64,000 bases of DNA from Ascidiella aspersa (taxonomy: Eukaryota). This document shows, piece after piece, positions 39,234-53,100 of this stretch (within the stretch, counting starts at the first letter, position 1; the number at the start of each line of letters is the position of its first letter). The stretch covers positions 30,752,001 to 30,816,000 of the forward strand of contig OZ004612.1 in NCBI GenBank assembly GCA_963924565.1, given 5' to 3'. A model generated the notes under the pieces. That model searched no databases. It saw only the letters and a list, made by a program, of their open reading frames with translations, and was not told the DNA's origin. A program made the position numbers and the translations under genes.

Positions 39234-39914
39234 AAGTACTACTAATGTGACCTTAATAGCACTAAAATGAACCTAAAATCAGTAAAAAAACGCTTCACAA
39301 AATAACTGCCTGTTTTATCGTGGTATTTTTGTAAGTTACACAAAACAAAAACAATCTCTAAATGCATTTTCTATTAACTTTACATCCAAAATAAATACGA
39401 TTGATTGATAATTATTTGACATTGAATTCGTTTCATTCGGTGAGAATAGAATAAATCTGTTGATTGAAGATGTTTTGAACCATCCAATGTCCCCTAAAAT
39501 ACAAGTGTATTCAGACTTAAAAAGGGAGCCAGGCACGTTTTAAAGTGGCCCTGGCCGTCTAAAGTGGTCTCTTGTGTATTAGACCACCCAAGCCGTGAGA
39601 ACCTTTCATCTTAACAGGCCGCTCTTTGTGGCCGTTAAAGGCCGGCACCTTATAACTGGCCATGTTTTTGTTCCGTTTTATGGCCAATTTGCGTTGCTTT
39701 ATCTAGAATAGAAAAACCCTCGTGAAAACTGTTTTCTCGCCGAGTTTTCACAGAATAATTGGTTCTCCAAAGAGACCAGTTTTCACACAACTCCTATAAA
39801 CTAACTTTAAACTACGCTTTGTGCTTTTTTACCATTTGATCAGTGAACAAAGTCGTCATAAAACCGCTCAACTTCGTTATTTATCGCAAATTTCGAGCAA
39901 CAAAAAAGACGGCT

Positions 39915-40190
39915 TAGTACGAATATCAAAGAGAAAATGTTTGCATTTTGTGAACGTTTCAATTAAATTTTAAGATAATGACTGGAGGTTGTAGTTAGAC
40001 GTGGAATAAATATCAAAGCCCATTCTTATAGAGTTATTCAAAACGTTCGTATACTGCCTTCTTCTCAATGGGCTTTAATATTCATTCGTCGCCTAACTAC
40101 AACCTCCAGTCATTATCTTAAAATTAATTAGAAACGTTCAAAGTGTTTTCCTACTTCTGTATGGGCTTTGATATTCGTACTACGTCCTAC
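39915..40190. repeat. Nested multiple-inversion cluster of the dominant palindromic repeat
   Basis: Outer and inner inverted pairs of TCAAAGCCCAT / ATGGGCTTT and GGAGGTTGTAGTTAG / CTAACTACAACCTCC. Confidence 0.8.
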
Positions 40191-40443
40191 TAAAACCTTT
40201 TTTTTGCAAACCAAAATTATGCTTCAAAAATACGGCTGTTCTCTGAACCAGTAAACAAATTTCACAAAAACATGCTTCAATAGCGTGATTCATAGGAAGC
40301 GAAAATGCGCCAAATCCTCCTTGTTTATTGAAGTTCCGCTTCATGCATTCGTACAAAGGCCTTGTGTCCGTGCCAGGTTTAACCACAAGCAACCATAAGT
40401 CATGCTTAAACGCTCATGTTATTTTAAGGAGATACACCAGGAC

Positions 40444-40765
40444 TAGAGATGTCCGATACTTGACATTTTCTTCCGATACCCGATATTTTAAAAAAAATAT
40501 CGCGATCCGATCCCAAATGACGTCACTTCTATGACGAAACCAGCAAAATTGGTGAAATTGCGAAGTGCAATGGTAATGATTTTCAAGATATTAGGCCGAA
40601 ATTTGCTTTTGCGCTAGGAAGCGCATTTATTTACTTTTTGAATTGTATCCTTTTCTTGGAAATTTGCATTTGAATGTAGAAAATTGTAGGTTTTATAGCA
40701 GAACATGGCTGGAATGCGATCAGCATCGATACGACCCTAGTACCGAACAAATTTGTGCATCTCTA
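40444..40765. mobile_element. MITE of the TAGAGATG / GATCCGATA family
   Basis: TIR TAGAGATG / CATCTCTA with internal CGATAC/GATCCGAT motifs. Related pieces at ~495-595, 2520-2620, 5660-5740, 27930-28010, 30530-30890, 33890-33970, 41550-41630, 43205-43260 and 44227-44582. Confidence 0.7.
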
Positions 40766-41184
40766 TTCAGGTTTTAAAGCTCAGATTCAAACTTTAGCCT
40801 ATAACGGTCCCAAAAATGAGCTTTTCAATAATATCCGGCCACATAATCTGGCCATTCTCCACCCTCATTAGGTTTCCAGCCTTAATCCACCAGCACACGC
40901 CTTACATTACAACATGTCTGGCTCCACTCTTGTAAACAAGCTTTGAGTCGGCTCAACACAACCACAGCTTGTCCTATGGGAGGTTACACTGAAGCTATAC
41001 ACAGGGTTCTGCTCAGCACATATCAACGCCACCACTTCGACAAGGGATTTGCAATAAACCTATCGCTATCTGTTTGCCCAACGACCACGGGTTTGGAAAT
41101 GAACGTTTGATGTCTGGCTACAAATTAAGTCTGAAACACGCTCCCTGTAAACTATATTTATATAGTTATAAGTTTTACAAAAAA

Positions 41185-44100
41185 ATGTTCACAAAACTTG
41201 AAAATTTTATCAACATGGGTCTATGCGCAATCAGTGAAAAGAAGAATTCAAGAAACGTTTTCAAAGATTATGTCACAGAGTTACGACACGTCAAAATGTT
41301 ACATCATAATGCTGCATCTAAACGTGATAAAGAAGTAAGCGTCGTAGTAGCAACCTCAAGAACACTTATACAAATGCTATATATTACAAATATGTTATGA
41401 ATTCGCGCAAAGCGAAGAAACGCCTTTAAAAGTTGTCAGAACTTTAATTTTCGATGGTTCGGCAAGACACGACGTAAACGGCCCGACCTTGCCAGTTTTC
41501 CCCACCTAATTTAAATTTAAAGAACAAAGATGCTTTTTATTTGCTCTGCATCGATGCCACCCTACAGTCGGACGAGTAGCGATACTTACACTCGGCATAA
41601 GGTATCGGTTCCGATCCGATATTATCGGACACATTAACCGATATTAAGTGACTGTGGAATTCTTGGCGTCATAGTTGTTCTCATAGCCGAAAAGAAAACA
41701 GGTCAGAAAAAAAAAACTTTCCAATAATAACGTGTTTTATTCACGGTTGATGGATTAAAAGTTTAAAATCTATCAACCCAATAAGAAAAAAGCATTGCGT
41801 TCCATTAGAACAACAGGCATTATGACGTCATTATGTTTGTGGTTGGACGTAGAAGAAAGACAGGAGTAGGTGGAATTTGTGAAGATTTGTAGTAAACGTT
41901 TTAAAATTGTTATTTACCAAGTCATAACGTTTGTATAACGACCTTGAATAGATATTTAGTATAACGTTTTTCAATATCTTATTTTAGATTTTTTCAGAAC
42001 TACATATGTTTCCCTAAAGGCACCCATTTATTGTTGCTAAACATTGCTCCCTTTGTTCCAGGACCCTCCACCAGCCGCATCCCATTGTTCCATCTTCTCC
42101 TCCCAACAACTCACCCTTAATTCTAGCTGTTTCGTGAAACTGAGCAAATGCGACGATCTTCTGAGTCCAACATCACTTCGGAAGCTCACCACTGATCCCA
42201 CATCTTCCTTGCATCCCGGAGGAGAGGATCAACATCCGAAGGAAGAAGGTTTCGTCTTCAGTCAGCAAAGAATGAAGGAAGAACCATCACAGGATAAACA
42301 GGCAAGAGTTTAAGTTTAAATTAATAATACGTAACAATATACACGCATATGTGTGTGCATGTTTCATTGAATAGTGACAATATAGTTATATAACAGACAT
42401 TGTGACGTAACCAGCAGATGTAGAACAATTGTAGAATGGCCACATTATGACGTAAAACTTTCCAAGTAGAATACACGCATTGTGACGTAAACAGCAGGTG
42501 TGGAACAAAGGAATTGTGACGTAAAGCGCAAATGTAGAATAGCGGCATTATGAAACTTATCTTTCATTCCCCTAAAAAAAAAGTTCCAAACTAAACCACA
42601 GACTTTATTTCAGCTCATCTTCCCCGCATCCGGATCATCGGGACAAAAATCATCTTTTCCGGAGGATCCCAGCGACCAGGAAAGCCGGGGAAGTCGGGAC
42701 ATCTTCACTCCCATCCAGGATCAACCTCTCCAGGAGAAATCACATATTCCCATCCAGGAGTCACTTCCTCTTCATCAGGAGGAATTACATCTTCCCATCA
42801 GAGATAAACCTCCTCTTTATCAGGAGGAATCGCATCTTCCCATCCTCATCCCTTGCGAGTCCCTCGACTCCGACTCGGACACGCAGGAGGAAATCATGAC
42901 GTCACACTCTCGCGATGACGTCGCAATGACGTCACCCAACTGTGAGAAGATCGTTTGGGAGGATGTTAAGGAGGATGCAGGTATCTTTGAGGAGGACGCG
43001 CATTATGTCCACCTGGAGTTTTTGGAGGACATCCAGATCCCGCAAGTGATAAAAGATCAGAAGAAAGAGATAGAGGATTTCCTTAAGAAAATGTAAGATT
43101 TATTTCTTCGTGATAAACGTTTCTTAAATCTACGCACCGTGAAAACATGCATTTCGGTTGGAATTCATGAGTTTTTCTTTTGATTTGCGATCCGCACATA
43201 ATGTTGACGTCATTTGGTATCGGATCGGATCGGCGATACTTGTGCAAAATATCGGGCACTGGTTTCCAAACATAAGTCAAGTATTTACTACTCTTGGATT
43301 TTGTTCGCGACGGTAAATTCGTATTATTTTATTAAACAAGTGGTTAGTTGCAGGATAGCTATCCACTGGCAAAACCATAATTATAGGTTAAAATGAACAA
43401 GTTTTGATGTTCATTTAAAACATTTTGGTTACAGTTCCCTTCATTATAAACTTCTTAACAAAACTTTGATTATTTATTTTATTTATTTTATTTTTTTAAA
43501 ACTGGTTTTTGTATTTGTGGAAACGTAAGGGTATTATTTGTTGGAAAATTTTTTTTTAGAAAATACTGACAAACCTTTATTGACCAAAAATATACAACTT
43601 TTAAACTCAAATTAAATGCAACTGAGTAAATAAGCATCTAAAACCACCGCCCAACTTCTTACGTCATGAAATCTCCAGGTCCACTGTGACGTCACCCACA
43701 GAGACAATCGCAGATGACGTCACAAAGGCTGAGGAGCGTCGCGTGTTCGGCAGCGTTGAGATGTCGATGCTGGAGAAGTTCGCCGATCATCCTCGCTCCT
43801 TGCTCTTCATCTGCTCCAAACTCCTCTCACTCCGCTCCTACCCTCCTCCTCAACTCCTCTATGTCGTCATAAACAAACTCATCCTGGTGAGGAGCGGGAG
43901 GAAATGTTGCTCCTTTTGTTGATAGTTTGTTTGTTTGGCTGTTTTTTAACTTGGATTAACGACTGTAACAACGTTGGAGCATAATGGCTGGAGGCTGTAG
44001 TTTGACATCAAAGCCCATACAGAATTAGGCAGCAATTTGTGAACGTTTTGAATTAATTATAATAACGATCATTGTATTTATCGTAGGATGAATATTAAAG

Positions 44101-47100
44101 CCCATACAGAAGTAGGAAGCATTTTGAACGTTTAGAATAAGTCTTAAGATAATGGCTGGAGGTTGTAGTTAGACGTAGAATGAATATCAAAGCCCATACA
44201 GAAGTATAGGTAGGACGGTCAAAATAAAGATGTCCTATATTATTATTAAGGAGCCGATACCCGATGCCCAATGGTAGCATCGGTCCCGTTGCGATAACAA
44301 CTCAATACAGGCAATCCCAGCCATGATTTGCGATTCAACATATCAATTTCTACCTTAAGAAAAAAATAAAAAAGTAGTTTAACAACTGGTGGTAACTAGA
44401 CTTCTAAACGCTTAAGCAAACTTTGTGCTACAAACCTGGAAAAAATAAAATATTTAAATTACATCATTTTGCTTGTTTAAACACAGTAATGACGTCATTT
44501 AGTATCGTATCGGTTCGCGATACTTTTCGGTCGAAATATCGGGTATCGATTGGAATAAAAGGAATTCTTAAACATTTCTAGTTCAAAATGTTGCCTACTG
44601 CTGTATGGGCTTTGATATTATTCATGAACATGTTTAAACTGTAAACAGGTATTAAACAAAATCATTTCTTAAAATATTTTTAACAAACAATTTTGTGATT
44701 TTATGTTTTATACCTGTTTTTATAAACAGTTTGAATAGTATCTGGTGCGAAAGCAAGTATTTTCCTTTTACATTTTATTGTCTGCAGGAGATTTCTTACA
44801 TTCGAAAGTGTATCAGCTTACGTCAAATCACATTCACTTAACGTTGTCAAAATAAACTTCTCTTTTTCCAGGAATCTTCGAATCAACTTGAGGCCGACAG
44901 CGCTTTCAAGTTCCTCGTCGCCACACTGGCCCTCCACCCCCCAAACTCGCCCCACATACGTCACGATGACGTATACAGTAAGGTATGCTGACGTCACCGC
45001 CCCTTTTGTTGAACGAATCTTGAAAATTGGTCTCGAGTTTCAAGTTGTTTGTTGTCGCAGTTTGTGAGGAATGTGTTGTTGCAGAGGTTCTCAACCGGGG
45101 TGGATTTTTTCTTAAGGGGGGATTTGACTAAAAAAACACATTTTGGGGGTAAAAAAAGTTTCACGGAACACCGGTTGAAAATCACATCTCTAATGTTATT
45201 TCCTCCTAAAATGGCACCTTAAAAGCGAAAAGGGGGTTATAGTAAACCCGCTATCGTATAATGACAAATTTATTGTTTTTCTTTGGGGAGAATTGAGTTT
45301 AGAATAGCTGTTAAAGGGTCCATGGGATAAAAAAAAAGAAAACCACTGTGCGATTGAGTGAGTCTGTATTCCGCGAGATGAAAAGGGTTTTGAGTTGCTT
45401 CTAAAACAACACGCAGCCACTTCGCGAAGTTTCTGTTGACTTTGACCAAAGCAACGTGATATCTCACTAAAGCTGTCTGCGCCTTTTGTGAGACTTATGG
45501 CTGAAAAATATCCGTTCCTGTTTGAAAGCACTTCAACAAACGCAATTAAAAGTTAATTTTCGTGCCACTATGCAAGGCATTGATTTCTGCGATCCAAATA
45601 AACTGTAACTGAACTCTTAAGAATAGGCAAGAGCTTGCTTACAATTCTAATTAAAAATTAGCCTCCTTGAAAACAACTTACAGTTGAACTTAATCTGTAC
45701 GTTGTATAAAGCGAAAACCTTTTCCACAAGAATACTACACATCAGCTTCACTACGGTCGGCAGTAACAAAACAACCTGTGCGTTCCATGTAGCTCCGTAA
45801 ACAAAGTTTTTTAAACTTGGTCAAATTTTCGCGCTCAATTTGTCCTGTTGTTTCTATAAACCGCCTTATTTAAATTAAAAAAATTGTCAACTTAGATGTT
45901 GAAAAAATATTATATGGCTCTCGTGAAATACAAAATACAAGATTCCCGGCCCTTGTTATAAACAATTAAAAAATATATGCTTTGGTTATGAAGCAGGCCT
46001 GGCGCCCTGTTCAATTTATGATTTTTTCCAAACTATAACTAGATGTTCAAAAGGTATTATATGGCTCTCGTGGAAATACAACAAAAAATATTCGGGTTTC
46101 ATGGCTCCCTTAGCTAAAAAGTTGCGATCCCTGTCCTAACTATGAATAATCGCATCCCTTGAGGTGTAGATACAAATCTTCTGCTAAAACAAACAGTCAT
46201 TTGCGTCAACTCACAAGTACCTTTGACTTTCCACTTTCAACTTGTTACGTCACCAGGCGATAGGGATGACGTCATCACACCAATCGACCTTCCTTACGGC
46301 GGCTGGAGCGAAACGTCATGAGCCGAACCTAATATGGAATCAGTTCAAGAAAGAATCCAATGAGTGGAGCTTACTATCCACGGTGCTTTCGTGAGTACTT
46401 TTATAAATAGTTTTTAAGAAAAGAAGTTCTCTTTCGCAATTTATACAAATGTTTTTATTCCCGTCTGTGTCAATTTAATTTGTTTTAATTTGAGAGGTTC
46501 TCTTTCGTGAGTCGTATTATAAATAGTTCATTAAATTCGTGCATTTTTCGTTTTTTTGCATTTTTTTTCATAATTCGATCAATACCTGACACAAATGTAG
46601 ACATGTTGTGTGTATGACAATATTTCGGTGCCATTGACCAACTTTTGCTTTTGATAGCAATTCACCAGTATGGGAATAATATTAAACAGTGATTTTCAAT
46701 CGTTGTTCCGCAAGACACTTTAGTTCTGTGAAAGATCTTTAGATCTTCCGCAAGGAATTTATTATTTTGATGTTCCATGCAACACCGGGTGAAAATTTGC
46801 TGGTTTAACACACTAGGGGTGAGCTGCTGACGTGTTATGAAAGCCATCGGCAGTTTTATACCGTGTCGACCGTCCGCTTATAAATAGATTACATTATATT
46901 TTTCTTCACAGAGGAGCGTGCGACTGTAGCGCCCCCCAGCGGCAATACCGCACATTCAATCTCCTTTCTTTCCTCACCATTGTTCTGGAACAAAACGACC
47001 GATTGTTACGTCACACTTTCTGGCCGAGAAGCAGCAAATGTGCGCTCAACAGCGCCACCAAGCGACTTTTCAAACATTATCGCAATATGGTGGAAAAAGT

Positions 47101-50100
47101 TGCCGCTATGACGTCACAGCAGGTAATTGTAAAAGTGTTCTAACCATATGTAATTTACTTTTGTAATAATTCAAAATTCGGTTAATGCGTTTTTTACACC
47201 GGATTAAAAAATGAGATTTTTTTTAAATACTGATTTTTTAATACCATGAACTAAAATGAACTAAAAAATAAATTGAGTGAAAAAATTTTGAAATTAGGAA
47301 GTTTTGTGGGTTCAATTGTTTGATTTTCTTAATACCGAAGTTATTTTTCATAAACGATGACAGGATTTACAAACATAACCTTTTCCAAATGCATTAAAAT
47401 TGTATCTATTTGAGGTATTTGATCTTAAAAAATTCAATTTTTGTAAACTACTTGTTTTCAGAGCAATTCTGAAAGCGACGAAGAATTTTTAGAGGAAGAA
47501 ATATTGGACGAAAGTTCTTTGGGGGAAAACCCGGACAAAGGTAAGTGAATATATTAGGTTTCACTTGTTACTCGATGAAATCGGTTTGTCAAATATTTTG
47601 TGAAACGTTCAAGAAAGCATTTGAGTATTATATGATTCACAAATAAAATACGTTTTATGCATTGAGTAAAACATCGTTTTCGTCGGACTTAATCAGAATA
47701 AAAAAAACATTTTTTTCACGTTTTTTGCCAAAAATGTTAGGTTTAGGCATAGACCTTCAAAAAACAATTAAAATTCTTCAGAACGATGCAAAATAAATGA
47801 CGATCTGATTAAAGTGACATTTAACGAGCATTACTTGTGAGAATAATATTGTAAAACACGAGTTTTAAAATACTTAAATCTAATCAAAATTAATTGCAAA
47901 GAAGTGGCAAATAAAAAAAATTGATTTTTATATCTTTCCATGACCAATTTTTATCACCATATCTCACTTTATTACTGCCTTTTGTTGCAGATGACAATTC
48001 AAGCGAAAATCTATTATCATGCGATGACGTCACCCGAGAAGTGACGTCATGCTTCACGAGGATCGTGGTTGCCATGGCGACAATAAACTGTAAGCTATCC
48101 AGTTGTCATTAAAAAGCGTCTCACAGAGCGATCATCAAATTACTGTTTTTGATATCGGCATTTTGATAGTTTGAATTCTTGTTCGTTTTGAAATTAACTA
48201 ATAGTTTATAGGGTTGCTTGCTCCATAATTTATAACTGGGTATTACCTTATATTTTTATAAAGTATTTGACCATGGTTTTAAGATGCTATCTTTGAACTA
48301 TAAATGGCAAAACCAATTTGACATTACATTTGTTTAAAATTTTAAGTTCATTTAAATCGAACATATCAGGCCAATACAGTATTTATGAACTGCAAAATCA
48401 TATCTAAAATTAAAAAAAGCGAAATTAAAAGGTTTAAAAATTTAAAACTACACAGTGCGGTATTCCCCCGTTATGATACTCGATATATTGACCAGGTTCA
48501 GGTTCAAGTGACGTCACTGTGATGGGATTGGTCGAGGCGTTTCGTGACGCGGACCACGTGACTCTACGTCGTCTTTTTGTCGGTTTTCCGAATTTTCTCA
48601 CGATCCGAGTCGCTAGCGCCCTCTTGCGGAATACGTGCAAGTCGGATTTGGTGCGAGCGGACATCAGGGGTTAGTATCCGGTGAATCTATCTCAATAATG
48701 GCAAAAAATCGATTTTTTCTGTGTAGTGGACTACAGGGTAAAGTAGGACGTTATGCGAATCTATCCAAACAGTTACACACCAGGGGTCAGTAGCGGGTGG
48801 ATTGTACAGTGTGAATGAAGCGTAATAATTGCTAAAAAACAGTTTATTTTTCTGTGTAAAACATTCTAATTATTTTTTTGCTTTTTTAAAGATTGTTTTT
48901 AACTTTATAAAAAATATTATTACATTCTCTAAAGTTTGATTACGACTGACTTCTGTCAAAAATTACCTAGACACGCCAGAAAATGGTTAAAAAAATGATT
49001 TTTTAGCTTGATTGAATGCAAACTTGTATTATCTTCACTTAATGATAAGTTTTTTAGTTAAAAAAAACTCTTCATTTTTATGCAAATCACTGTAAAATTT
49101 TGTTCGGCAGGCGAAACTTCGCTTCATGTGATTGTGAACGGCTACTTCCGTCTTTTACCAATCGCACCAGACTCCATCGCAAAAGATTGGTCTCCCAACA
49201 TGTAAGTTTCTTAATGATACAATTAAAATTTCGAAAAAAACATGAAAAAAAAAATACCGTTACAAAACGGTTTGTTGTTCTTCAATATAAAAAGCGGGGC
49301 CCAAATTTATAGAAAAGGCCTAAGTTTTTTAATTTTTTTACGGATTTTGTTAAAATTCGAACTGTTCATTTTTATGTTCATTAACATTTAAAAGCACAAT
49401 TTGCGTATTGTATCTGTACAGTAACTCTTTGCATAAATGCTACTTAAAAAAATTTCAATTTACAGGGTAGAAAGGTCACCAGACAATACCAATCCGGACC
49501 AGCAGGGTGGCTCATCTGACAAAGAAAATAGCAAAGAGGTAAATATCACACAAAACTTTCATAAAACATGCTTCAAAACCTTATTAATCAAAATCGACGA
49601 AGCGCTCGACCTGATTACTTAAAACCAGAAGGTAGAGCTAAGAATAGCAAATTTGTAAGCTACTAGAGCTACTGTTGATCGCAATATCAGAAAAATACTT
49701 GTGTATGTGGATGGTTGAGAGTAAAATAAATAACAGAAAACAAATTGAAAGACAATAAAACAACTTTCTGATCGTAGATCCCGATTGAGCTTTCTCTGAA
49801 TCTCTCACTTTATTTAACGCTGTGTATCACTTTTTGCTAGCTTCTCGTAGATTTTGATGTAAATTCTTCCCCCGTTTAGACCATTGAGTTATTATGTACT
49901 GTTCTGCTACATCTAAACCGTTAGTTACTCTTTGTAAGGTTTTTGACTGATTTCCAAATTCGGATTCCCACAAATATTAAGAAGCAGTTAACAAATGCTG
50001 CAGCATTTTTTATGGGATTACAGGAGTTCAGCAGAAAGCTTTCCAGCATGGTTTATTGGTTTAACCAGGGTTCTGCAGGAATTTTTTCTGTGAACCCTTG

Positions 50101-53100
50101 ATTTCCCTTAAAGCGGTGGTCGGCAACTTTTTTCGTCGCGTAAAACAAAGTGGGTCATTAAAAATCTGTGGTGGGTCACTTTGTGACCCGCGGGACAGTG
50201 GTTCGCCATCCCTGTACTAGAGCTACTATTGATATTACTGAGACTCAACATTATAATTTATGAAAATTCAGAAAATACAAGAATACAAGGATCGTAGGAT
50301 TATTGCTTTTATTTAATGGTCGGCAAACTGTGGGCCGCGAGTTATTTTCTTATTTCTACCGTTACGTCGTTGTGGGTCGCAGGATAGCCGTAAAAAGTAC
50401 CAAAAAAATGTAGAAAAGTTTCGCAACCAAATGACATTTTAGGCCTCTGTAAATTCTTTGTTTGTTGTTAAGACAACCCACTGTTTTTCGAAGGTCGCTG
50501 GTTCGAATCCCACCTTACCCTTAACCCTATTAATCCTCCCTTTCCACGCAGTCTCCCTCCTCTCATCCGACTTCCGTCTCCAAACTCACAAATTCAAACG
50601 TAAACAAACGCAACGCAAAAGGGGAAACCCCGCTTCACCGGGCCTGCATGTTGGGGCAACCTGGACGTGTGGCCCAACTCCTGGGGGTGCCTGGGGTGGA
50701 ACCAAACGTTCCCGACCACGCCGGATGGACTCCCCTGCATGAGGCCTGTAACCACGGCCACTTGGAGTGCGCGAGAGCGCTTTTGAAGCTCCCTCTAGCA
50801 GCTAAAGCGACACCTGGTGGCGATAAAGGTTTGTTGTTTGTTATTTTAATTTTATACTTTTAGATTGGCGTGACGTCATAACCATTGCGTAATGTATGGC
50901 GCGTCCTGTGAGTAAGTGTGACGTCATTTTGCAATGTTTTGCAAGAAAAAAAAGGGGGAAAGAAAAAGACAGAAAATAAAAAATAAAACTTATCTTATTA
51001 TTCAACTTGGGTATATTTCCTTTATTACTTTTCTAACTTTGTGGTGTAACTTTTTTTCTTCCTTTTATCAGTTAAATATTCAAGAAAGGCGCTGTGCTTT
51101 TAGTTCCTTATTGATGTGTTTTTACCGTTAAGCTTGTGCCCGTGGATCATCTGGCAGTCATTCGCTCGCCTTGTTCTTCTAATTTTAACGTTAACCTGGA
51201 CATAAACTTACCTATATACCTGTATACAACACGTTTCGACATTTCAAGGAGTTTATTTAAATATGGATCAGTAGCTTAACACATTAACCGAAAAGTTCTA
51301 AAATCAATACTTATCATGGCCACCTAGCGGTCTTTTTAATGCACATTTATCCACCGGTAGATGTCGCCATAACCACCCACTTGTACTTCCCAAGGTACTT
51401 CCCCCATGGCAGCACCTGAGGGTTCACCACAGGCTGAGGGGGCAAACACCCCCACACTGGCCATCGATCTGCTCGCCTGCCCAGAAGAGGGCACCACAGC
51501 GCTACACGACGCCCTCAACAATGGCCACATAGAAATCGCACGATTGCTGATGGAGAAGGGAGGCGTGGAACTCCTTTATGTCGTGGACACACAGGTTTGT
51601 GACGTCATTTGCTTGAACACGTATGGGTTGTTGAGTGTTTTTTTTACTCTCACATGCGACCTTGAATTTCTTGATAAATTCTTGCTATAACGTTATTGTA
51701 GCTGCACAAATTTAATTTGCTTCTTAAACACCTCGGGCTCCACCTTTGATAGATGATGTTCGATGTTCGGCCATATTTCACTCACATTTACCGATGAAGA
51801 TACAAGTTCGTATCGAAACGTCCTAATCAAGACGATGTTAACCTACTCGACCTTTTTGGCTTTGCAATTCATATTCAAGCTTTTATAGATCCGTGCACAG
51901 TGCAGTGGTACATTTTATGTTTTTATTGTTTCACTAAAACACTCGTATCATTGCAGGGTAAAACACCACTTGAGGTTTGTGTCACCGATGAGGTTCGATC
52001 CCTGGTCCTTGAGATCGCGTGCCACATCGCAGCTCTCCACTTCAAACCAACAAACGTGATGGAAACTGATGAAGTAGAAGGGGAAGTATTTCTGCAACCG
52101 ATCAGCGCAAAAGAGTACAATAAGGTAAGGGTTGGTTGAGAAAAATATACAGAAAAAAGAATTAAAAAAGGAGGTGGCTAGTTGTGGTAACGCATAACAT
52201 GTCTAATAAATACCAATATTTATCTTACCGCAACGTTAAAAAGGGTTTGAAAAGGGATTTTTGCGTAACTGAAGACTGACTTAAAGGTATGCTTAAAAAC
52301 GTGAAAGTTAGCCGGAACTGTCATGGACGGCGATCCGGTAATATATTTTATGTTGGCACGCGTTATTTTTTTACCAAGTCATGTCCCTTTTTTGCCAGGC
52401 TATCCTGCAAACTACTTTAATGTGTTTGAACTAATATTTTAGTTACATATTTGTGCATTACATCGAGCGATAAGTCAGGTTTAAGGCACTAGTTTTAGAC
52501 ACCCTGTGATGACGTAACTTTGTAACGTGATCTCTTAAAACTTGCAAAGATGTACACTGGGGCATTTCTTCCTCAAGCAGAAATTTCGTGATTTTCAAAG
52601 AGGAATGTTTAATGCTTTATGTTTAAGGGTGTCCAAGTTTTATATACTGATAGTCATCGGTTAACTTAACAGTTTAAAAATGTGGTGAAATTATAATTTT
52701 AAGTCTATTTTTGAACAGAATAAACAGCAAAATAATTCCGTTTCGTTGAAGTGACTTTGAAAAAAGCGATTTCCCTTAATCCAGGGGTCACTCTCTTAGG
52801 GGTCTTGGGCGGCTTTTAAGGGGTTTTTGAAGGCCTAATTGAAAGTTTGGTGTGTGATTTCTAAAATGGATTACATTTCTCAAAACTAAACAGTACTTCC
52901 TCCTAAAATATATTTAGACTTAATTTTAGTTTTCATTAGTTTGAGTAAAACAGCAGGTTTCTTAGATCTGCTTGTTTATGACGTCAATTTATTACGTCAT
53001 CCTTAAAATTCCTTGCCGATCCTGATCCACGTGTTTATTTAGGAGTTTGTGTTGAAATAGTTGAATACCTCTGCTATGCTCGAACACACTTTGTTACATC

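Noticed and set aside
51361-51394. TAG acceptor at 51360 for the ankyrin exon
   Set aside because: Out of frame with the downstream ankyrin sequence. The AAG acceptor at 51394 keeps frame.
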